Below are positions 57,413-64,000 of a stretch of DNA of 64,000 nucleotides, in pieces; the first letter of the stretch is position 1, and each line of letters begins with the position of its first letter. The position numbers and the translations under genes are program-made. Below the pieces are notes generated by a model. That model was not told the origin of the DNA, ran no database searches, and was given only the letters and a program-made list of their open reading frames with translations. Origin of the DNA: an uncultured Chitinophagales bacterium (GTDB taxonomy: Bacteria; Bacteroidota; Bacteroidia; Chitinophagales; CAZNGA01); assembly GCA_964572485.1 (NCBI GenBank), contig CAZNGA010000002.1:10874-74873 (forward strand), read 5' to 3'.

Positions 57413-59248
57413 CTATCCTACAATCACTTGTACATCGGGATATTTATACTGAGATGTGACCACCGGAGAGCTCAGGGAGAAGGCAAGGGTTAAGGATCCA
57501 ATTCTCCCAAAATACATGGACACGATCAGGATCAATTTACCATACAAACTTAGGTAGGGGGTAATTCCTGTTGATAATCCTGACAATGAGACGGCGGATA
57601 CTTCTTCAAATATGAGTTGCATAGTGTCAATTTCGGGTTCTGTTATAGCCAATAAAAATCCTCCCGCAAGAATAAATACAGTAATGAACATAGCAACAGC
57701 AAATGCCCGGTATAGAAGCTCATTAGAGATTGATTTTCGGCTGATCTCCATCCCTTTTTTCCCTTTGATAGTGGCAATAACAGAAAGCAATATAACGATA
57801 AATGTAGACGTTTTCAACCCTCCTGCCATAGACCCGGATGCCCCACCAACGAACATTAGAAAGATCAATATGATATATGTAGGATCTGCCAACTCTCCAA
57901 TATTAACTGTACTAAAACCACCGGTTCGGGTTACACTTTGGAATATGGATGTAACGATGGATTCAAATAGGTTCAATTCCTTAAGGGTATTATTTCTTTC
58001 CAAAAAGAAAAATGCAAGTGATCCCATTACTAACAACAGCACTGCGGCATATAAAGCCACAGAAGTACTTGTTTTCCATTGCTTCCAGGGAAGTCTCATC
58101 CTGAGCCTCAGGTTCTTTATACCAAATAGGTCTCTCCAAGCAGGGAATCCGAGAGCGCCCAAAAAGATCATGCCAATGAAGAGCATATGGAGCAAATAAG
58201 CATTTTTTAACATCGGATTATTCAGCCCATCTGTGAACAGGGTAAATCCGCTATTACAAAATCCTGATACTGCATGAAAAAAAGAGTAAAAGAGCTTTTC
58301 ACCAAGGTCATCAAATCTTACCACCGGATCCCATAGGAGAAACAGTATTGCCGTTGCAATCAACTCAATAAACACAGTGTAAAATAGTATCTGCTTCACC
58401 AATTTAACAGAGTTGAACACTGAGTGATCATTCAGATAATCCTGCATAGCAGTTTGGTGTCTTATTCCCAATCCCTTTTTTAAAAAGAAAGCGAAAAAAG
58501 AAGCGAATATCATTATCCCAACCGCACCGATCTGTATGAGTAGCAGGATCACAACATGCCCCTTAAAAGTAAAAAAGGTCGCAGTATCAACGACTGTTAG
58601 CCCTGTTACACATGAAGCACTAGCAGCAGTAAACAAAGCATCAATAAAAGGAAAATTCTCATGGCTTGTGGTCATCTCCGGCAGCATCAACAATACTGTT
58701 CCTAATGCAATAACGATCAAAAAGAATGACATAAAAAGCGTTGCCGGTTTGATCTGCACGGCCAGGACCCTACTGCTGATCTTCAACAGTTGTATCCCCA
58801 CCAATAGCATAATGAACACCTGTATGAACAGGATATAGAAAGATCTGAAATTAGCAATCCCGATCCTTGCAGAGATCCACTCCAGCAAAGGGAAGTTTGC
58901 AAAATACAAGCAAATGATATCCGCCACCAAAAGTCCTATCAATAGGCCCTCCAGCCAATTCTCCTTTAGAAAATCAACATTATCGAATGCATAAAATAGC
59001 CGCATCAAATAATTGATAATATAAATGAGAAATAACCCCTTAATAATATTTATGATGAGGTTCTTAGTCAGGATATCTAAAGGGAATCCATGATAATAGA
59101 TCAGGATAGAAAAAGAAAAAACGGAAATAATAAATGTTAAATATTTGAGGATGGAAAGAACCTGATGTTGGCTGTCATAAATGAAAATATTTTTCCACTC
59201 TCTAATTCTCTTTATGAGATTATTTATGCTCAATGGAGCCAGCTTCAT
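57413..59248 (-). CDS. TrkH/KtrB-family potassium uptake membrane protein
   Basis: Polytopic. Repeated pore-loop-like motifs SASCVTGLTV, SGFCNSGFT, RTGGFSTV and GGASGSMAGGLK. The start may be internal, since the track start overlaps the upstream gene by 29 nt. Confidence 0.8.
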   Translation of the reverse strand: MKLAPLSINNLIKRIREWKNIFIYDSQHQVLSILKYLTFIISVFSFSILIYYHGFPLDILTKNLIINIIKGLFLIYIINYLMRLFYAFDNVDFLKENWLEGLLIGLLVADIICLYFANFPLLEWISARIGIANFRSFYILFIQVFIMLLVGIQLLKISSRVLAVQIKPATLFMSFFLIVIALGTVLLMLPEMTTSHENFPFIDALFTAASASCVTGLTVVDTATFFTFKGHVVILLLIQIGAVGIMIFASFFAFFLKKGLGIRHQTAMQDYLNDHSVFNSVKLVKQILFYTVFIELIATAILFLLWDPVVRFDDLGEKLFYSFFHAVSGFCNSGFTLFTDGLNNPMLKNAYLLHMLFIGMIFLGALGFPAWRDLFGIKNLRLRMRLPWKQWKTSTSVALYAAVLLLVMGSLAFFFLERNNTLKELNLFESIVTSIFQSVTRTGGFSTVNIGELADPTYIILIFLMFVGGASGSMAGGLKTSTFIVILLSVIATIKGKKGMEISRKSISNELLYRAFAVAMFITVFILAGGFLLAITEPEIDTMQLIFEEVSAVSLSGLSTGITPYLSLYGKLILIVSMYFGRIGSLTLAFSLSSPVVTSQYKYPDVQVIVG

Positions 59249-60203
59249 CTTTTAGTTTTTCAATGGTAACGGGAACCACACCCACCTCTTCACAAACCAA
59301 TCCTCCTGCAATATTTGCCAATTTTGCCATAAATAAGATATTCAATTGCAAGGCTAAGCAAAGTGCAATTACGCTAATGACAGTATCACCAGCACCAGAA
59401 ACATCTGAGACATCCCTAACATGTGCTGGGATGTGTTCCTTTGATGTGCCTTCACTGACAAACATCCCTTTGTCAGAAAGTGTAAAAAGTGTAATCTTAT
59501 TATTTAGGTTCTCCTCCAGTTTCAAGCTTGCTTGGGTGAGTGATTCTTTTTTCGAAGGGTCAATATCCACTCCCAAACCATCCATGGTTTCCCTTAAATT
59601 TGGCTTGAACAAGGTGCAATTCTTATAACTGAGAAAATGGTGTTTTTTAGGATCAACTACTGTTGGAATATCTTTCTCATTACACAAACTGATCACCTCT
59701 TCTATCACTTTTTGCGTCAATATCCCCTTGTTATAATCCTGAAAAATAACGACATCCAATTGCTGCTCATTAATGTAATTCTTAACCCCAGCAATTAATT
59801 GAGTTGATGTCTCATCGTTGATATATGTTGTCATCTCGCTATCATAGCGGAACATCTGTTGATTTCGGGCTAAAATTCTTGTTTTTATAGTTGTTGTCCG
59901 ATCTTCACTTCGCAGAATATTTTGAGAAGAGATCTGATGTTGCTCAAGGAGTTGAAAAAGGATGTTGCTTTCGTCGTCTTTTCCTACCACTGTGAAAATG
60001 ATAGGTGTTGCTCCCAGTGTTTTAACATTTAATGCCACATTCGCGGCGCCACCAAGGCGAGTTTCTCTATTTGTTACCGCCACCACCGGTATCGGGGCTT
60101 CAGGTGAGATGCGATCCACATCACCCCACAAATATTTATCGATCATCACGTCTCCAATGATGCCGACTTTGAGATTTTTAAACTTTACAAAGATGTCATC
60201 CAT
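59220..60203 (-). CDS. D-glycero-beta-D-manno-heptose-7-phosphate kinase (RfaE domain I, PfkB family)
   Basis: VGIIGDVMIDKYLWGDVDRISPEAPIPVV, GGAANVALN, DVSGAGDTVI. At 327 aa it is the kinase domain only. Confidence 0.85.
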   Translation of the reverse strand: MDDIFVKFKNLKVGIIGDVMIDKYLWGDVDRISPEAPIPVVAVTNRETRLGGAANVALNVKTLGATPIIFTVVGKDDESNILFQLLEQHQISSQNILRSEDRTTTIKTRILARNQQMFRYDSEMTTYINDETSTQLIAGVKNYINEQQLDVVIFQDYNKGILTQKVIEEVISLCNEKDIPTVVDPKKHHFLSYKNCTLFKPNLRETMDGLGVDIDPSKKESLTQASLKLEENLNNKITLFTLSDKGMFVSEGTSKEHIPAHVRDVSDVSGAGDTVISVIALCLALQLNILFMAKLANIAGGLVCEEVGVVPVTIEKLKDEAGSIEHK

Positions 60204-60225
60204 TACAGCAATCGCTTTATAAATA

Positions 60226-61452
60226 TTATTTAAGGTCGCTCAGTGCCTTTTTGATCCTTTCAACAGCTTCCCGCAGTTTATCCTCTGAAATTGAATAAGA
60301 CAACCTAACACATTCATTAACACCAAAAGCTTTCCCTGTTACCATAGCCACATTGGCAACCTGTAGCATGTACATACAAAAATCATTGGCATCATTTATG
60401 GTAAAGGTGGTATTGGACTTTCCAAAATAATAACTCACATCAGGGAAAATATAGATCGCTCCCATTGGAATGGAGGTATTTATATTTGGGATCCCTTTCA
60501 ATAACTCTATGATCAGGTTGCGTCTGTTGAGGAACTTCTCCTTCATCTCATAGGTGGGCGTCATATCAGAGGTAAGAGCCGTTAATGCCGCTCTTTGTGC
60601 AATAGAACAGGTCCCTGAGGTAACCTGACCCTGCATTTTATCACATGCTTTTGTCAGCCATTGGGGTGCCGCCAGATAGCCAACCCTCCAACCGGTCATT
60701 GCAAATCCTTTCGACACACCATTTACAACTACAACTCTATCCTTTATGAAATCAAATTGTGCCATACTTTCATGGTGGTCTGTATAATTTAAGTACTCGT
60801 ATATCTCATCAGCTACGATAATGATATCTTCATGGTCTCTTAGCACTTCAGCAAAATCTCTAAGCTCTTCCTTTGAGAATACCGACCCGGAAGGATTGCA
60901 TGGTGAGGAGTACAGGAATATCTTGGTTTTGGGGGTAATGGCTTTATCCAGCTGAGCAGGTGTGATCTTGAAATCGTTATCTACTGTAGATTGCACTTTG
61001 TTTATGATCCCTTCGGCCAACTCGATCATGGCAGTATAACTCACCCAATATGGGGTAGGTAAAACCACTTCATCGCCCGGATTGAGAATACTAAGAATCA
61101 CATTTGAGAGAGACTGTTTAGCACCTGTAGAAACCATAATTTGGTCCACATCATATTCAAGGTCGTTGTCTCTCTTGAATTTCTCAACGATCGCTTTTCG
61201 TAAGGCGGGTATTCCCGGAACCGGTGTATAGTGGGTATCTCCTTCGTCAATAGCTATTTTAGCGCCTGCCTTAATGTGATCGGGGGTACCAAAATCCGGC
61301 TCTCCAAGGCTAAGGTCTATTACATCAATGCCTTTGTTTTTTAGCTCTCTGCTCAGAGAGGCCATTTGAATGGTTTCTGATTCCGTGAGGTTATTTATCC
61401 TTCTCGAAAGAAGGTCTGCACTTTTTGATGGCATATCAACTGTTTTCATCAT
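60226..61452 (-). CDS. Pyridoxal-phosphate-dependent aminotransferase, class I (aspartate aminotransferase-like)
   Basis: LSLGEPDFGTP, PCNPSG, and the PLP-Lys motif NGVSKGFAMTGWRVGY. Size ~400 aa. Confidence 0.85.
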   Translation of the reverse strand: MMKTVDMPSKSADLLSRRINNLTESETIQMASLSRELKNKGIDVIDLSLGEPDFGTPDHIKAGAKIAIDEGDTHYTPVPGIPALRKAIVEKFKRDNDLEYDVDQIMVSTGAKQSLSNVILSILNPGDEVVLPTPYWVSYTAMIELAEGIINKVQSTVDNDFKITPAQLDKAITPKTKIFLYSSPCNPSGSVFSKEELRDFAEVLRDHEDIIIVADEIYEYLNYTDHHESMAQFDFIKDRVVVVNGVSKGFAMTGWRVGYLAAPQWLTKACDKMQGQVTSGTCSIAQRAALTALTSDMTPTYEMKEKFLNRRNLIIELLKGIPNINTSIPMGAIYIFPDVSYYFGKSNTTFTINDANDFCMYMLQVANVAMVTGKAFGVNECVRLSYSISEDKLREAVERIKKALSDLK

Positions 61453-61635
61453 ATCCCAATAATAAGATCGTTGAAATAATCAACAGATCGATAACTCCAA
61501 ATCAAGTTATCATCTGTAACTCTTTCTAAAGTGTGAAATTAGTAAATTTGTTTGTAGTTTCTATATATGACGGCCGGTTATGGCTTTCTCTCTCCCTATT
61601 GTATTTGCTCAAATCAACAACTAATCCCTCTCCTA

Positions 61636-62220
61636 TTATGATGATTGCAATTGATTATACCTAAAACAATCTACAGTATGGTCATTTACCATACCCACAG
61701 CCTGCATGAAAGCATAACATATTGTGGAGCCAACGAACTTAAAGCCACGACCTTTAAGGTCCTTACTCATAGCATCTGATTCAGGAGTGGAAGCAGGGAT
61801 CTCAGACATGCTTTTCCATCGGTTTACCTTTATTTGATGATCTGTGAATTGCCATATATATTTATCAAAACTTCCAAATTCTTCCTTCACGGACAGAAAA
61901 GCTTTAGCATTTATAATTGCACTATTGATCTTTAACTTATTTCTCACGATACCTGCGTCATATAAAAGTGCTGCTATCTTTTTATCATCATAATTGGCTA
62001 TTACTTCAGGATCGAAATTGTCAAAAGCTGCTCGAAAATTCTCTCTCTTCTTCAAAATGATCGCCCAGCTAAGGCCTGCCTGGAAAGCGTCAAGGACAAT
62101 CGCCTCAAATAATCTTATATCATCATGGGCTACTACCCCCCATTCATTATCGTGGTAAGCAATATAAAAAGGGTCTTTCGTTCCGGCCCATTCACATCTG
62201 TTTTGTATTTTCTCATTCAT
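61636..62220 (-). CDS. tag: DNA-3-methyladenine glycosylase I
   Basis: RCEWAGTKDPFYIAYHDNEWGV..., FEAIVLDAFQAGLSW, C-terminal VNDHTVDCF. Size 194 aa. Confidence 0.9.
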   Translation of the reverse strand: MNEKIQNRCEWAGTKDPFYIAYHDNEWGVVAHDDIRLFEAIVLDAFQAGLSWAIILKKRENFRAAFDNFDPEVIANYDDKKIAALLYDAGIVRNKLKINSAIINAKAFLSVKEEFGSFDKYIWQFTDHQIKVNRWKSMSEIPASTPESDAMSKDLKGRGFKFVGSTICYAFMQAVGMVNDHTVDCFRYNQLQSS

Positions 62221-62274
62221 ATCTTGGTAAGTTAGTGTCCCTCTTTAATAATAAAAGCTAATTATTTTCTTAGA

Positions 62275-62691
62275 TCAAATATTCTCTTCCAGAAATTCTT
62301 TACAAAATTCGTCAATTTTATCTCGCACATTTCTATAGACGGCCATGATTTCCTGCTCATTGCCTGTAGCATTTGCAGGATCAGGAAATCCGAAATGAAG
62401 TCTTTGATCCACCTTACCGGTGAATACCGGGCAATGTTCCTTAGCATGGTCACACACTGTAATGGTCATGTAAAAATCTTGAGTTAGATATTTGTCTATC
62501 AAATCTGATGTATGTGAGGATATATCAATACCCACTTCATTCATCACCTGTATCGTTCTAGGATTAAGGCCATCAGCTTGTATGCCAGCACTAAATACTT
62601 GCAACTTATCTCCACCATATTTTCTAAAGAATCCCTCAACCATTTGGCTTCGGCAAGAATTACCTGTACAGATGACTAAAATTTGTTTCAT
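62275..62691 (-). CDS. arsC: Arsenate reductase / low-molecular-weight phosphotyrosine phosphatase family
   Basis: MKQILVICTGNSCRSQM (CX5R P-loop) and downstream Cys residues (TVCDHAKEHCP) as in thioredoxin-coupled ArsC. Size 138 aa. Confidence 0.75.
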   Translation of the reverse strand: MKQILVICTGNSCRSQMVEGFFRKYGGDKLQVFSAGIQADGLNPRTIQVMNEVGIDISSHTSDLIDKYLTQDFYMTITVCDHAKEHCPVFTGKVDQRLHFGFPDPANATGNEQEIMAVYRNVRDKIDEFCKEFLEENI

Positions 62692-62752
62692 GGATAGTGC
62701 AATAAAAACAGGAAATCAGAGAGTGATCATTTCTAGTACCACCTCATTGGAT

Positions 62753-64000
62753 CTATCTCTTGGCTTGTTCCAGCCCCTTGTCCATTTCACTAAACTTAAT
62801 GAACACCTCAGAAAAATCTCTGTATTGCATGGCATTATTCGGGAAATTACTGACGTAGGGTTGAAGTAACCGATAGTTCTCACTATAATATAATAGGATC
62901 GCAGGGGCATCATTCATAGCAACCTGCTCAGCTTCCATAAAATAATTATAGCTTTCCTGAACTGACTTGGCCCTCAGACCTTTTTCATACAATTCATCAA
63001 AACGCTGATTGGTATATCTTGATGTATTAGGAAATGATTCTTTTGACAAATCTTCAGGAACATCTCTACCATAGAAAATTGACAAAAAGCTCTCGGGGTG
63101 GGGGTAGTCACTACGCCATCCGGAACGCCATAAAAGCAATTCTCCTTTTCTGGAACGCTCAACTTTTTCATTGAAAACCATCACATTGATGCCGACATCA
63201 ATATTTAGGTTTTTCTTTAACTGAGCTTTGATCTCCTCAGCTACTTTCACATTGATACCGGCAACACCTTCATTAATATCAATTGAGATATCAGGGAAGC
63301 CCTTTCCATCAGGAAATCCGGCTTTAGCCAGCAATTGCCTTGCTTTCTTCACGTCAAGTGTGTATCCCTCTATCTGGGACACATCATAACCTTCAAATAC
63401 ATTAGGGGTTATGCCATTTATTCCTGCTTCTACTTCCCCCTGGAGGATCTTATTCTTGATCATCTCCCTGTCAATAGCATAATTGAAAGCTTTACGCAGA
63501 TTTATATCCGTAAAAATACCTTCCACAGTTAAAAACTCAAAATACTGAACAAGCATTTCTACAGTATCCTGAACAACATAATTAATTGAATTCGTTGTAC
63601 CATATTCCAAAATATCAATGATATAATTTGTGGGTAAAGCATAGATCATATCGTAATTCCCTCTCTTGAATTCCTCAACAACCGAGTCCATTTCTGCGAT
63701 AAAGGTGATCTTGATACCATCTAAAAAGGGTAATTGGTTGTTAAATTGATCATAACCATAATAGTTTGGGTTGCGCTCCAAAAACAACATCACATTTTCT
63801 TCGAGTTTACTCACCCTAAAAGGTCCAGTTCCCACCTTTAGGTCTTCACCATACATTTCAAAAGCTTCTTTGGGATAGATATAGCTGGCAGGCATCGAAA
63901 GTAGGAAAAGGAAATTTGAGTATGGCTTCAATAAATTGATCTGTAGCGTTTGGTCATTTATCACTGTGATCCCTTCAATATCACCAGGTGCTTCTCCTGA
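62753..64000 (-). CDS. ABC-transporter substrate-binding protein, family 5 (peptide/nickel type), N-terminus outside the window
   Basis: The frame is open to nt 64000; the track 'M' at 63964 is an internal GTG. GTGPF, NPNYYG, and the overall periplasmic SBP-5 pattern (...W.SDYP.PE.F...). Confidence 0.8.
   Translation of the reverse strand, partial: SGEAPGDIEGITVINDQTLQINLLKPYSNFLFLLSMPASYIYPKEAFEMYGEDLKVGTGPFRVSKLEENVMLFLERNPNYYGYDQFNNQLPFLDGIKITFIAEMDSVVEEFKRGNYDMIYALPTNYIIDILEYGTTNSINYVVQDTVEMLVQYFEFLTVEGIFTDINLRKAFNYAIDREMIKNKILQGEVEAGINGITPNVFEGYDVSQIEGYTLDVKKARQLLAKAGFPDGKGFPDISIDINEGVAGINVKVAEEIKAQLKKNLNIDVGINVMVFNEKVERSRKGELLLWRSGWRSDYPHPESFLSIFYGRDVPEDLSKESFPNTSRYTNQRFDELYEKGLRAKSVQESYNYFMEAEQVAMNDAPAILLYYSENYRLLQPYVSNFPNNAMQYRDFSEVFIKFSEMDKGLEQAKR

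Noticed and set aside
57612-58199. A plus-strand 195-aa ORF inside the TrkH-like gene.
   Set aside because: It is antisense to a polytopic transporter with recognisable pore-loop motifs.

Overview
This 64-kb segment reads as a Bacteroidota chromosome: it has type IX secretion (T9SS) C-terminal sorting domains, PorP/SprF genes, TAnnTTTG-like -7 boxes and tightly packed genes with 4-bp overlaps. I call 32 protein-coding genes, two of them cut by the window edges, plus one tRNA-Ala(GGC).

Positions 1-41 kb form a cell-surface neighbourhood:
- a GEVED/PKD type-A T9SS cargo;
- two 'type-B cargo + PorP/SprF' gene pairs;
- an OmpA-family protein;
- an exported WD40-caspase protein;
- a TPR protein;
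- a 21.4-kb gene for a 7,140-aa type-A T9SS cargo;
- a TPR/PD40-propeller protein ending in a ~400-aa Ala/Lys/Glu tract.

Positions 41-64 kb are mostly housekeeping: a spoIID-like/lpxB/surE operon, an SCFA transporter, a propeller-SpoIIE phosphatase, a REC protein, a PAS histidine kinase, an M20 dipeptidase, an FKBP, rplU-rpmA, a Trk-type K+ transporter, a heptose kinase, an aminotransferase, tag, arsC and a peptide SBP. I recognised no transposase, integrase, reverse transcriptase, Cas, restriction-modification or toxin-antitoxin signature, and no CRISPR array.

The most unusual object is the giant gene. It has a regular 17-unit two-domain stalk in which the same loop of the repeating domain is replaced 13 times by whole foreign modules of four kinds. 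A fifth kind is nested in the partner domain. The stalk is followed by 14 Cys-containing tandem repeats with a 513-bp two-unit super-period.

Secondary oddities:
- a signal-peptide-bearing WD40-Ig-caspase protein;
- a TolB-like propeller fused to a TolA-domain-II-like K/A/E tract;
- ribosomal protein L27 with a 105-aa Lys/Ala/Pro tail;
- an AT-rich 1.2-kb gap holding a frameshift-interrupted small membrane-anchored gene and a 324-bp ORF-free spacer with short repeats.

All family assignments come from motif recognition by eye; no searches were run.
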